From: an uncultured Nitrososphaerota archaeon
GTDB taxonomy: Archaea; Thermoproteota; Nitrososphaeria; Nitrososphaerales; CADDZS01
Reading direction: 5' to 3'
Length of the DNA: 64,000 nucleotides
Assembly: GCA_963799845.1 (NCBI GenBank)
Contig: CAWCYI010000008.1
Location: forward strand, 1-64,000
Shown here piece by piece: positions 18,893-29,290 of this stretch (position 1 is its first letter; the number at the start of each line of letters is the position of its first letter). The notes beneath the pieces were generated by a model. It did no database searches. It had not been told where the DNA came from and was given only the letters and a program-made list of their open reading frames with translations. The position numbers and the translations under genes are program-made.

Positions 18893-20950
18893 TTGAAAAC
18901 GAGAGTTTGGAACGCTTGGCCGGAAGAACCATCTTTTGCGACTGCCGACCCTTCGCTTCGCATAGCGCAATTCGCTCTGGCGGGATATACCCAGCTTGCT
19001 GCTGATACCGTTCTAAACAAGCAAAATCAGGGCAAAGTAACGTGTGTAATTGAAAATTCGATAAATCGACTTGACCAATCGTTCAATGAAGATAGTGTAA
19101 CAACTCGCAAAAGGTGTGTAGAAGTGTTGCTGGAAGTTGCGCTCAATTTTCTGGGAATGGAACGAAAGCGCGCGGGTTTCTCGGATGGGGAGACTTCGGA
19201 AGTTCTCACCAAGATCGCGAGGACTCTCCAAAAATGGGAACGTGCAGAAGGTAGTGAATCACTGCAACTCGTCATCCAACAGATGCTCAACGGAATGAAG
19301 ATGGTTCTGAACGGCAAGGGCATGGTTGCAAATATGGCAGAGGAAATTGAAAAGGCGCTTGTCAAGGACGATCTCGCAAATAACTTCATTGAATCTTCAA
19401 AGAATGTCATTCAGAGCAATGTCTACTACCGCATTGTTGACGGCGGGCTGAGCAAGTTTGGAAACGACTCAGCGACGGGACTAAGATGGGCAAGGCATCT
19501 CGGAGCTGTTCAGGTTTCAAGTAATCCCGTAATTGCAGCGAGAGCTTATGATGAGATCGCGGATTTGTGGAATAGATTTGAAGTTGTTGCATCAGTTCAC
19601 CCCGAATGGCGTCATGATACGGAAAAATTTGCAGATGAAATCGCTCTTTATGGCACCGTGACTTCGCTGTTACCAAACATCCTGGACTTTCGACCGATTG
19701 CGCTGCTTTCCAACTTCAAGGATGGAATGGTCAGCATTCAACTCAACCCGCGCAAGGCTTCGAACATTGAAGAGAGTCTGAAAGATGCTCTAAGGTTCTA
19801 CTCTATATTGCAAGAGATCTTGGCAAGCTACGATGTCTACTTGACACCCGGCACTAGTGCGAGGGAGAAATCAAGGCCGAACATAGTTTTCAAAGTTTCA
19901 ACCTGCGGAGTTGAAGCAATTGGTTTGACTGAAAGCCTCGACAAGATGGGCATTGGTACAAACAATACCGTGACGTTCACCGTCTCGCAGGAAATCAAGA
20001 TGTCACTCGTTGCAATGAGGGGACTCGCGGCCGCCCTAAAGGCGGGAATCCCGATTACTACGATATACATCACAAACATGGAGGGGAGGCTCGAAGATCA
20101 CTTGCGCGAAAGTCAGGCAATCCATCTATTGGACGAGGTTTTGGAAACCGCTCCGGACAAAGAGACCGAGATTAGTTCTTTAGCTCAAAAGGCCGGCGCG
20201 GTCGATGACGTAAAGAAAGCAGGAACCTCGCTGGAACTACGCATCAATACACTCTGCGGCAAGAAATATCTGAAGTCGTTGGTCGATGAGTGGTTCGTCA
20301 AGGCTGTTGGAACGGAAAAGACAGCTTATCTAAAACAAATGGAAGAAGACATTTGGATGTCCGGAATCTACGTCACGAGAAGAGTTTTCCAGATCATGTT
20401 CAAGCCAGCGGTAAAGGCCAAGTTGGTCAAGTACATCCAGAAACAGTTTGATCTTTCTGAAGCTGAAGCGACTCGAGTGGTCGAAGCTGTAGATCTTCTG
20501 CCGGCGTCCAAGAGACGCGCTGAAGATACCTACCTGGTGCTGGGAGATAGGCAAGTCTCAAACCTCACAAATACAGAGTTCCCCGATCACCAGCTCAAGG
20601 TCTTGAAAAAGTCTCGTGAGGATGGTTTCAGACTTTCTGATTTCGAGAATTCGATCGCAGCCGAGCCCGACGATGCCACCTTGGAAAGGCTGCTAGAGAT
20701 ACCGGACTTTCGGAAGGCTTACGAACTGAACTCCGGCCTTGTCAGCGAATTGAATGGAATCGGAATCGAAATCCAAGCCGAAAGTGGCGGCCTCGAACCC
20801 GAAGAGTGGTCTACTTATGGCCCCGTAAGAAAAACTATGGACGAGTTCAATAATGCCTATGTTTCATTCAGGAGCAGGCTTTTGAGCTCGGTCGCTAAAT
20901 TTTCCATCGAGCAACAAGAAGAAATTACGGCACAAACCAATGTGAAGTAA
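18893..20950 (+). CDS. Long transaldolase-family protein
   Basis: GND, SSNPVIA, VSIQLNP, NIVFKV (Schiff-base Lys), GTNNTVTFTVSQ; long N-terminal extension. Confidence 0.8.
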   Translation: MKTRVWNAWPEEPSFATADPSLRIAQFALAGYTQLAADTVLNKQNQGKVTCVIENSINRLDQSFNEDSVTTRKRCVEVLLEVALNFLGMERKRAGFSDGETSEVLTKIARTLQKWERAEGSESLQLVIQQMLNGMKMVLNGKGMVANMAEEIEKALVKDDLANNFIESSKNVIQSNVYYRIVDGGLSKFGNDSATGLRWARHLGAVQVSSNPVIAARAYDEIADLWNRFEVVASVHPEWRHDTEKFADEIALYGTVTSLLPNILDFRPIALLSNFKDGMVSIQLNPRKASNIEESLKDALRFYSILQEILASYDVYLTPGTSAREKSRPNIVFKVSTCGVEAIGLTESLDKMGIGTNNTVTFTVSQEIKMSLVAMRGLAAALKAGIPITTIYITNMEGRLEDHLRESQAIHLLDEVLETAPDKETEISSLAQKAGAVDDVKKAGTSLELRINTLCGKKYLKSLVDEWFVKAVGTEKTAYLKQMEEDIWMSGIYVTRRVFQIMFKPAVKAKLVKYIQKQFDLSEAEATRVVEAVDLLPASKRRAEDTYLVLGDRQVSNLTNTEFPDHQLKVLKKSREDGFRLSDFENSIAAEPDDATLERLLEIPDFRKAYELNSGLVSELNGIGIEIQAESGGLEPEEWSTYGPVRKTMDEFNNAYVSFRSRLLSSVAKFSIEQQEEITAQTNVK

Positions 20951-21000
20951 GTGTCGGAGCTACCTCGACATCCAAATCGGCTCTTGCTATTCGGATCCTG

Positions 21001-22128
21001 TCAAGAGGGGTCGATTTCCTGATACAGGCAGAGGGCCGAAGTCCCGCCTTCTTCGTTCATGTAGCCGCCTGTCGTCGGATACAGTTGGTAGTTTCCTGGA
21101 ATAGTATTGGTAGAGGATGGCGCTCGGACGGCCCAGTCTATCTCGGGAGCAGAGAAGGTCAAGGTCGGAACGGAACAGACCGCAGTAGAGCTGAAATGCG
21201 TCGTCATTGTCGAATCGATTAGGAAGACAATGTCTACTTCGCCACTGCTGCGATAAAGCAGAATTCCACCCTTGATAATATATGCAAAATTTTCAGTCTT
21301 GTCCGCCAGTACGAGGTAGATAGAATCCCTCTCTTCACCCCCCGAATTGATTGAGGAAGGGATTCCCTTCGCTGCTGGAAGGCAATCAGCGAGCGGAGAG
21401 TCATGAGGAAGACCAGTTGCCCGAGAGTTCACATTCACATATTGGTCAATGGTCGGGTTTCCGTCTGCTGGAGACATTAGAATATCTGCACCTACGGTGC
21501 CGAAGTACGACTTGGTGTTTGGGCCCGCGAACCAGTAGATATTGTTGGTCGTCTTTGTTACATCGAAGCTCACCTGCTTCACAACCCCGCTCATCGGAAT
21601 TGGACTGGTTTGAGCAGGATTTACGAAAAAGTAGGCATAGATCTTATGACCCGCTCCCGGAACGTACTTCTGTGTTAATCCGATCCCTGTAAGTTGGAGG
21701 GCGACAGTAGGATTCCTGTAGTCAGCCACATAGGTTGGCATATCGCTTGTGGGATAGGATGATTGTGTTGATGAGGTCTCGGTTGAACTTTTAGAAGTGG
21801 ATGAAGCGGTGGTTGAAGTCGAAGATTGAGTCGTCGATGAACTCTTAGAAGTCGTGGTCTGGGTGCTCGTCGTAGTCTGTGAGGAGGTCGAAGTTCCAGA
21901 ATTCGTCGTGGTTTGAGTGGAAGTCGAAGTCGTTTGACTCGACGAGAAGGCAAATGAAAATCCGAAAAGAGTGCTGCTGACTATAAGCCCCAAGGCAATG
22001 GTAAACATTACGACATTTCGCGAATCTCGTACTCTAAGTTTTCTTAGAGCTGACGAGTGCTCATTTCTATAATTTGAGAGCTTATCCTCTAGACTATCCC
22101 TATACAAAATGCTTCTAGAAGAAAGCAC
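21001..22128 (-). CDS. Secreted protein with Ser/Thr-rich linker
   Basis: Signal/TM helix, ~65-aa S/T low-complexity tract, globular C-terminal domain of unknown family. Confidence 0.7.
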   Translation of the reverse strand: MLSSRSILYRDSLEDKLSNYRNEHSSALRKLRVRDSRNVVMFTIALGLIVSSTLFGFSFAFSSSQTTSTSTQTTTNSGTSTSSQTTTSTQTTTSKSSSTTQSSTSTTASSTSKSSTETSSTQSSYPTSDMPTYVADYRNPTVALQLTGIGLTQKYVPGAGHKIYAYFFVNPAQTSPIPMSGVVKQVSFDVTKTTNNIYWFAGPNTKSYFGTVGADILMSPADGNPTIDQYVNVNSRATGLPHDSPLADCLPAAKGIPSSINSGGEERDSIYLVLADKTENFAYIIKGGILLYRSSGEVDIVFLIDSTMTTHFSSTAVCSVPTLTFSAPEIDWAVRAPSSTNTIPGNYQLYPTTGGYMNEEGGTSALCLYQEIDPS

Positions 22129-22676
22129 TTTTTTTTAGGTTACTTAACCCACGGATTGGAACAGCAAGAATCATGAAAGAATCGAAATCAGGCTGTATTG
22201 CAAATTAGTGCAAAGCAATAGTGGCCCAAAAATTACAGAGAAATATCAAATATGGATCTGGTACTAACTTCAAAATTTATCAGAAAATCGAAATTCAGAC
22301 TCTCCCTACTGTTATTCGATCCGGCGTTCAGGCCAAATTCATTTAGGAGTAGGAGACAAGCTGAGGAGCTTCGATCGTATTTTGCTGATATTTGGAACAG
22401 AAAAGCGGAGGCAAGAATCCCCGTCCACTGTACGCCGAGAACCGGGAGATGGTAGAATGTTATTCTAAATATCAAGAATTACCGCGTAAAAATGCCCTCT
22501 TTTTTTTGAAATGGGTTCTTTGCTTTGATTATTAGCTAATACTATTCAGATTACTTTCGCTAAAGATTTATTGAGCCGCAGGATTTCCTTCGAGGAAATA
22601 CTTGCATAGAGATCGAAATGAAAGAGCAAACTATTGCTGCCGATCGATTCTCACCAATTTGAGAGTCGCATCTTGA

Positions 22677-23778
22677 TTGTCAGATAATATTCAGCCGACG
22701 ACCGATTTCCGACTTTCACCCACAACGCTAAGGTGGGTTTACATCGGTCTTGCTCTGAGCTCGGCCTTTGTTATCGCGATTTCTTTCTTTTCAGGAGTCA
22801 CGATTTCGGATTTTGTTAACTTTGGCTATTCTCCATTCATAATTGCCGGAACATTCTCGTCATTACGACTCGTCGTGCAGGTTCTGAGATACAGGGTGGC
22901 GGTGTTTGGCTTATCTGGAGTGCCAAAATCGAATTTCAAAGACCTTGCGATTGTCAGAATCGGTAGTGAATTCGTATCGCTGACGACTCCGTCTTTGATT
23001 GGTGGTGTGGTCGTGAGAGACTGCATGGCTCTCCCAAAAGGGGGTTGATTCAGGAAGGGCCTTCTGGATCGCTTACTTCGAAGTTCTGATGGATGTTTAC
23101 GTCGGTTCGGTGTTTGCGCTGGTAGCCTCTATTTACGCGATTTCAAGGGGAGCAACTCTAATAGGATCCACGATCGCGGCGATCGTGATTTTTCAGATCA
23201 TCTTCTATTCGATCATCTTCCTAATCCCGGCACTTCGAGGGATACCAGCGTTTCCGAAACCATTGTTTAAAGTTGCTGAATATTTTGTTGGGGGCAGTAA
23301 AGCCAAGATTCTGGAACAGAAAGTCAACCATGCGACGAGGACATTTTCGCTTTCTGCTCGTTCGATTCTGAAGCAAGATGCATTGCCGATAATACTCAAA
23401 GCTCTTGCCTTGACGCTCGTAGACGCTCTTCTTCTGGGCTTAGCTTTGTGGGTAATTTTGCAGAGGACCGGTCTGAACATCGACCTTCTATCTTCAATAG
23501 TTGTGTCGTTTGGTGTCTCGACGATTGCTATCATTCCAATATCAATCGGCGGATCGGGTGTGGCGGAACTCGCGATGCATTCTTACCTCTCTAGTGTTTT
23601 TGGTTTTAATTCGTGGACGGCCGTAATAATCTGGAGAATTGTTTCATTTCAATTTTTATTGATCCCGACGAGCATCGCATTTCTCATCCTGATGCGCAAA
23701 ATAACCAAACCAAAGTCGGCTGCTCAGCAAAAAATTACGAAATCGAAGCTGGAACCGGAAAAAAATGAGAATAATTGA
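22677..23778 (+). CDS. UPF0104 / lysylphosphatidylglycerol synthase TM (flippase-like) protein, frameshift near 23019
   Basis: TPS..GG motif, P...GGSGVAE, IIWR; removing one base joins the two ORFs via AWLSQKGVDSG. Confidence 0.8.
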
Positions 23779-23947
23779 AGTTTTGAAAATATAACGCATA
23801 TATCGGCGTTCTAGGTAAGTGCTCGATTTTGCGCAATATTGCCCGAGTCCAGAAAGGCTTTGACGCAGAATTTGCATTTTAGATGCGGTAATGGCTATCT
23901 ATAATTAGATTCGTGACCCATAGAATCTCTATAAGATTCCTTGTTTT

Positions 23948-24706
23948 TTGCCGTACATTAGACAATTCCAGAACGAGAGGAGTAGCTGCCTATCTTATTA
24001 CGTATGCTGTCCGGGAAAATGCAAGAGTGTGGTAATCGACCCGAGCGAAAACGTCGATCTGTACGTTGAACAGGCGGCAAGAGATTTTTCCGAAATCGTC
24101 GCTATCATCGAAACTCACATTCATGGCGATCATGTATCCGGGGCAAAAAAATTGTCGAAATTAGCAGGAGCTCGTATTTACATGCAGGAGTCATCCGGCG
24201 TGGTATTCGATTTTGTCCCTCTCAGTAACGGCGAAACCGTCAACCTAGGCAATGTAGATCTTCAAGCGATGCATGCACCGGGTCACACGACCGAAAGTCT
24301 ATCGCTTTTGTACATTGATCACAAACGGGCTGAAGTGCCGTGGGCCGTGTTCAGCGGTGATGCTTTATTTGTGGGAGACATAGGAAGACTCGACTTCTCG
24401 GGGGCCGGGACCAAAGAGCAGATGTATGATTCTTTATTTGGGAAGTTACTGGCGTTACCTGATTACGTCGAACTATATCCGGCCCATTACGTGGGGTCAG
24501 TTTGCGGTCAGGGCATGAGTCTAAAGACCAACTCGACGATAGGATTTGAAAAGCGATTCAACAGGGCACTACAATCCAATTCTTTCGAGGAATTCGAAAG
24601 ATACCTTGTCGACAATCCTCTGGAACCCTTTCCCGAGCATCTCGAATTCAAGAAACTTAATTCAACGGCAGAGCCAATGACGGCATTTTTGACCGTCGAC
24701 CGATAA
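23948..24706 (+). CDS. MBL-fold metallohydrolase (glyoxalase II / persulfide dioxygenase-like)
   Basis: ETHIHGDHVSG, PGHT, GDALFVGD.GR.D, YPAH, STIGFEK.FN. Confidence 0.9.
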   Translation: MPYIRQFQNERSSCLSYYVCCPGKCKSVVIDPSENVDLYVEQAARDFSEIVAIIETHIHGDHVSGAKKLSKLAGARIYMQESSGVVFDFVPLSNGETVNLGNVDLQAMHAPGHTTESLSLLYIDHKRAEVPWAVFSGDALFVGDIGRLDFSGAGTKEQMYDSLFGKLLALPDYVELYPAHYVGSVCGQGMSLKTNSTIGFEKRFNRALQSNSFEEFERYLVDNPLEPFPEHLEFKKLNSTAEPMTAFLTVDR

Positions 24707-24733
24707 TTCTGCCGCGTTTGCGGAAAATGAAAA

Positions 24734-25543
24734 TCAATCCATTATTCTCGGGGCAAGATAAAGCTGAACAGGCCCTGAGTCTTGCCTCCCCCAGGATAAG
24801 AATTCCAATCTGAGGGGCATCTTCGTGGAGTATTCAAATCTGACGAGATCAGAAAATGAGGAAACGGCCTTGACTACTTTCACCAAGAATTCCAAATTGT
24901 ATACAGCTTTCGTTGGTTGCCCGCCTCCGTCAGCTTGAACTTCTTGAAGCAGAGTCCCGTCCTCTTTCTTCACCGTTACTTCGACTCTACCCGAGTCTCC
25001 CTTACCGGACAAAATCAAAACGTCGGGCGAGACCTGAACGTTGACATAGGTAGAAAGGGTCGAGATATCCGTCAGGATCTGAGAAAACGTTTCGAGGTTT
25101 ATCGTAAATTTTGTTGTAAAAGCAAGCTTTGGAATCGGCGAAGATTTCAGGTCGTTTTCGAGTAAATGCAATTCGAACTCTCTTTTGCTGTTCCCCGCGC
25201 CAATCTTTATCGAAAGAGATCTATTACTTGCTCTCGATAATTCTAGAGAATCCTTCAATTCAGATCGCCTGACAATTTTCGAAAAATCCTCTACGTGCAG
25301 AGTAAATTTTGTCGGCTTTGAACATCGAAATTTCTCAAATGACGTACTCGGGAACCTGATATCGATCAGCGCCACGTGAGACGAATCCATGGCACGCGTC
25401 CTCACCCCGTCGGCATCCACATCGAAGGTCGAGTCTTCTGACATAGTTAGGATGACAGATGCAATCATCCTCCAGACAGCCGGAGATGACGATCTGATCG
25501 AGAATTCAGAATCGGTAGAGATTTCATTCTGTGCTTGCATCAT
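24734..25543 (-). CDS. pcn: DNA polymerase sliding clamp PCNA
   Basis: RAMDSSHVALI, YNLEFL, MPLRLEF, YLAPR. Confidence 0.92.
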   Translation of the reverse strand: MMQAQNEISTDSEFSIRSSSPAVWRMIASVILTMSEDSTFDVDADGVRTRAMDSSHVALIDIRFPSTSFEKFRCSKPTKFTLHVEDFSKIVRRSELKDSLELSRASNRSLSIKIGAGNSKREFELHLLENDLKSSPIPKLAFTTKFTINLETFSQILTDISTLSTYVNVQVSPDVLILSGKGDSGRVEVTVKKEDGTLLQEVQADGGGQPTKAVYNLEFLVKVVKAVSSFSDLVRFEYSTKMPLRLEFLSWGRQDSGPVQLYLAPRIMD

Positions 25544-25578
25544 TGGGAAGACCGAGTAATTCTTATCAGAGATATAAA

Positions 25579-25610
25579 GTTACTGTAATTATACTGTAAT
25601 TCTCTGTAAC
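25579..25610. promoter_or_regulatory. Three CTGTAA repeats at 10-11 bp spacing in the divergent pcn/citrate synthase intergenic region
   Basis: TACTGTAATT twice (25581, 25592) plus CTGTAAC (25604), next to a TATA-like TATAAA. Confidence 0.45.
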
Positions 25611-25669
25611 GTCGTTGAGATGCCAATTTCTCTTCTCCTAGCATCTATGATGGAGAAGCCTTTTTCACC

Positions 25670-26806
25670 ATGAAATTCAAATGGTTAATCATGACGGATT
25701 TGATAACTGCTCCTCGGGGCCTGGAGGGTGTCGTCGTTACTCAGACCAAGATAAGCAAAATTGACGGCCAAAAAGGCAAGCTTTGGTACAGAGGGTTTGA
25801 TGCAACTGAGCTTTCTTCTCAACTTTCTTTTGAAGAGGTTTCTTACTTATTGTGGTACGGAAGGCTCCCTTCTTCCGAGGAGCTTCAAATATTTCGAGAG
25901 AAACTCGCTTTGCGAAGACATCCGAGCGCGAAGGAAATTGAATTCGTCCAAAAGGTACCGCTGACTGCGAACCCTCTAGCGTTCTTGAGAACTGCCTCTT
26001 CGTTTATTGGGATGCTAGGTGAGAAGAAGTTTAGTCCAGAAGAAGCCGCAATAGACCTCTCCGCGAAATTTCCTACCGTTCTCGCATACTTCGATCACCT
26101 CCGAAAGGGACTTGAATTTGTCGAGCCCCGTCCAGAGCTTTCGTTCGCGGAAAATTATCTTCGGATGCTAACCGGCAGAAAGCCACCCGAAGAACATGTT
26201 TCGGCGCTGAATTCCTATTTTATTTTGCTGGCTGATCACGGCCTGAACTCTTCCACTTTTTCGGCGATAGTCACGATCTCGACCCTTACAGATTATTATT
26301 CCGCGATAGTATCTGCAATCGGGACACTCAAGGGAATTTTGCACGGAGGTGCTCCGTCGCAGGTTTGGGAGATGTTTTTGGAGATCGGCGACCAATCTAA
26401 AGCAAGAAAGTGGCTCGAAGAGAGGATAGATTCGGGCGGGAGGATTATGGGTTTTGGTCACAGAATCTACCGAACGGAAGATCCGAGGTCTGGGGCACTC
26501 AAGATCATCGCTAAGAGAATTGCTTCGCCTGAAATTTTCGATTTAGCCGAATCCGTCGAGGAAGATGCGAGAAAACTTTTGCGTGAGAAGCACCCAGAAA
26601 GAGCTTTAGAAACTAACGTCGAATTTTACTCTTCGCTGGTACTAAACGCCATCGGCATTCCAACGGACATGTTCACTTCAACGTTCGCGTGCTCAAGAAT
26701 CGTCGGATGGACGGCGCACGTATTGGAACAACTTTTAGATAACCGATTGTTCCGCCCAGAGTCTGAATACGTGGGGCCCGAAGGACTCTCTTTATCCAAG
26801 CGGTAG
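25670..26806 (+). CDS. gltA: Citrate synthase / methylcitrate synthase
   Basis: GLEGV, DHGLNSSTF, LHGGA, MGFGHRIY...DPR, NVEFYS, RP...YVGP. Confidence 0.93.
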   Translation: MKFKWLIMTDLITAPRGLEGVVVTQTKISKIDGQKGKLWYRGFDATELSSQLSFEEVSYLLWYGRLPSSEELQIFREKLALRRHPSAKEIEFVQKVPLTANPLAFLRTASSFIGMLGEKKFSPEEAAIDLSAKFPTVLAYFDHLRKGLEFVEPRPELSFAENYLRMLTGRKPPEEHVSALNSYFILLADHGLNSSTFSAIVTISTLTDYYSAIVSAIGTLKGILHGGAPSQVWEMFLEIGDQSKARKWLEERIDSGGRIMGFGHRIYRTEDPRSGALKIIAKRIASPEIFDLAESVEEDARKLLREKHPERALETNVEFYSSLVLNAIGIPTDMFTSTFACSRIVGWTAHVLEQLLDNRLFRPESEYVGPEGLSLSKR

Positions 26807-26817
26807 ACAATAAGACC

Positions 26818-28506
26818 TTATTCCAATCGGTATCTCGATCGACCTGGACTTATGATCCATGCCCACACGTTGAGCCCTAGACCTACAACTAATGGAATGA
26901 AGAGCAGCTCCAGATAAGACGTTGGGACCCCGGACGAGGTCAAGGAAAATTGAACGATCGTGTTGCTGCCCGCATTCACCGTTGCATTCCCTTCGCGTGC
27001 CAAGCTATCTCTCGAGATTGTTATGTTGTAAAAACCACCTGGCAGGAAGAAGGAAGTGCTTCCGCTTGCTAGCGTGCTCGCAGAAAGGGAAGCGCCTTGT
27101 GAGTTTGAAACCGCGATCAAGACTCCGACGTCAGGTTTGCTGTTATTCAGCACAAGTACTGTGAGTTTTCCTATGGGAATGTAAAACTGTGAGTCTGTCA
27201 GGGGCTTCAGAACATTGATTTCTAGCGGGCTGAGAGATTCCAAGCCAATCATTGGAGTGACAGTCATAGCAAGAGGATAACTTTTGGCAATTACGTAGAC
27301 GGAGCCAGAAAATGTTCCCGAAGCTTCAATGTCCGAATTATTCGCGATAGAATATGTAAATTCGCTGAGTTCGACATTTCCTGGTTGCCCTAAGAAATCT
27401 AATCTAGCCAAGTTGATTTGCAGAGGAACAACGGAGTACCCATCGATTCCATCAGTCTGGTACATGAAGTAGAGCAGAGTGGGCCACGAGCTCGGATTCT
27501 GAGCCAGGTTGACCTGTTTTGAAAATGTCGAACCGCTTATCGAAAACGGGTCACATGATGACAACCAGAACCACCGTCCATCGTTCAATAGCAATGCTCT
27601 CGTCTCCGTAGTTTCGAATCCCGAAGCACTGTCAAAATAACCTCGGATAACGTATCTGCCTGGTCTCATGTTAGTCAAAATCGGAAGCGAAACGGACTGG
27701 GTTGTTGTGGAATTGAATAGGACCGTATTCGATCTTGAAACGGCCAGGTTTCTCGAAATCGTTTCATTCGCTAATGAAGAAGTGTATCCGTACGAGTAGT
27801 CAATTTCAAACCAAAATGAAAAAGGAGTCGCAATACTTCCCCCCGCAGATACTATGGCAGTGTTATTGCCAGCGTCCAACGCGATCGCCATCTGTCCGGT
27901 TCCAACATTCGTAGGTTGGGAAACGTAAAGAGTACCATTCCCGGAAGCCGAGGTGAGGCAGGCCTCCAGATTGTAACTATTAGGAGCGTTCACCGAGAAT
28001 CCGAGATTTATCTCTCCATTCTGGATGGAGTATTCGCTCAAAGCTGCCGAAGCCTGATTTTCTGGTGTTTCAACAAGAGGAATCGAAATTGTGTATGAAG
28101 AAGAGTTTTGCAATGTAACGATCAAAGTCCAAGTTCCAGGTTGATCAGTTCCCGAGAAAGTGTAGATAGATGCCGCCGTAGTCGGAGGAATAGTTGACGA
28201 GATCGAAGAATTGTTATTCGGACTTGTGAGCGTGACACTTATCTCTTGATCAAGCGATGAATAAACCCACAGACTATCATTGGCGGTATAAATCGGAGAA
28301 CCCTGTTGGGCGGGTGACAAAGTGGAAAGGCCGTACCCGAGAAATACAAAAGATGGCGAACTTGTAGTAATGATTGGAAGAGACTGTCCGTGCGAGTAAT
28401 TGATCATTGGAAGCGAGAGAACCAAAAGAAAAATGACAGCGAGCGAAGCTAAACAAACCAGAATTGAAGCTGGTTTATTTTCCACGAGCTGTCCCCCAGA
28501 TTGCAA
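26818..28506 (-). CDS. Surface protein with signal peptide and C-terminal TM anchor
   Basis: S/T/N-rich beta domains, many N-x-S/T sequons, carboxypeptidase-regulatory-like repeat near the C-terminus. Confidence 0.75.
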   Translation of the reverse strand: MQSGGQLVENKPASILVCLASLAVIFLLVLSLPMINYSHGQSLPIITTSSPSFVFLGYGLSTLSPAQQGSPIYTANDSLWVYSSLDQEISVTLTSPNNNSSISSTIPPTTAASIYTFSGTDQPGTWTLIVTLQNSSSYTISIPLVETPENQASAALSEYSIQNGEINLGFSVNAPNSYNLEACLTSASGNGTLYVSQPTNVGTGQMAIALDAGNNTAIVSAGGSIATPFSFWFEIDYSYGYTSSLANETISRNLAVSRSNTVLFNSTTTQSVSLPILTNMRPGRYVIRGYFDSASGFETTETRALLLNDGRWFWLSSCDPFSISGSTFSKQVNLAQNPSSWPTLLYFMYQTDGIDGYSVVPLQINLARLDFLGQPGNVELSEFTYSIANNSDIEASGTFSGSVYVIAKSYPLAMTVTPMIGLESLSPLEINVLKPLTDSQFYIPIGKLTVLVLNNSKPDVGVLIAVSNSQGASLSASTLASGSTSFFLPGGFYNITISRDSLAREGNATVNAGSNTIVQFSLTSSGVPTSYLELLFIPLVVGLGLNVWAWIISPGRSRYRLE

Positions 28507-29290
28507 AGAACAGAGCGATGGTTGGAGCTGTGAGCACTAGAAGAATGTCAGATTGGATCTTGGCAATATCAAAAGTCCAAAGAAAAGCGATCAGAGTACC
28601 CATTAGGGGAACGATTAGAATCCATGGCAATCTTCCCCTCGAGCTAACAGGGTAAGTGCCGAGCGTCATGTAAAAAAGCATGCCAACAAAGAAAATGACC
28701 AATCCAATCGATGAGAGTGCATCTCCTGCGGGATTAGGTGTCCCTCCCGCCCCAACTTCGCTTCTGATCTGCGAGATGATTTGCGTTCCCAATCCCGTCA
28801 GACCGGAAATCGAGGCAGTGGTCTGGGAAAGAAGATTCGAGAGAAAGAGTACAGATATGAGCTCCAAAGCTCCCACGACTATCACTCCTGAAAGAGAATT
28901 GTCTCGAAGGAGACCTCGCGCGAAGCCGTAGATCGTGTAAGGGGTTAGGACAAGAGCGGTCGCTCCGAACCATGCAGTCAGTATTACACCCATGAACGTC
29001 GCATAAAACGATGCTCCAGTCAGAATGATGAGAACCAGAAGAGGAGGAATAAGGAGCGCTTCGAAAGAAAAGACGATTATCGGAATGATCGGTTGCACCT
29101 GATAACGGAGTCCCACGATGAGGAGGATGATTACTCGAAGAACTTGGGTGTACAAGATTATTGATTCGGTCAAAGATAAGTTCGACAAGTTCACCACGAC
29201 CGAAAATCTCTCAAGGAATACTAGATAGGGCGCGAACAGGCCAATTCCAACAAATACAGATGAGATCAGTTTGATGAAATCTTTCCTCAA
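28475..29290 (-). CDS. Multi-pass membrane protein in MoxR cluster
   Basis: About 8 hydrophobic helices; overlaps its neighbours operon-style. Confidence 0.75.
   Translation of the reverse strand: MRKDFIKLISSVFVGIGLFAPYLVFLERFSVVVNLSNLSLTESIILYTQVLRVIILLIVGLRYQVQPIIPIIVFSFEALLIPPLLVLIILTGASFYATFMGVILTAWFGATALVLTPYTIYGFARGLLRDNSLSGVIVVGALELISVLFLSNLLSQTTASISGLTGLGTQIISQIRSEVGAGGTPNPAGDALSSIGLVIFFVGMLFYMTLGTYPVSSRGRLPWILIVPLMGTLIAFLWTFDIAKIQSDILLVLTAPTIALFFAIWGTARGK

Noticed and set aside
21760-21945. Repetitive DNA suggesting an array
   Set aside because: Encodes a Ser/Thr linker; no constant repeat-spacer periodicity, so not CRISPR
22130-22676. Replication origin in the long AT-rich intergenic gap
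   Set aside because: No ORB-like repeats recognised and no cdc6/orc1 nearby
9095-23778. Programmed frameshifting in UPF0182 (~10031), queC (~15617), the flippase (~23019) and the secreted gene (~2430)
   Set aside because: Each is fixed by removing one base, with no common slippery motif; long-read assembly error is more likely. Read pile-ups would settle it.
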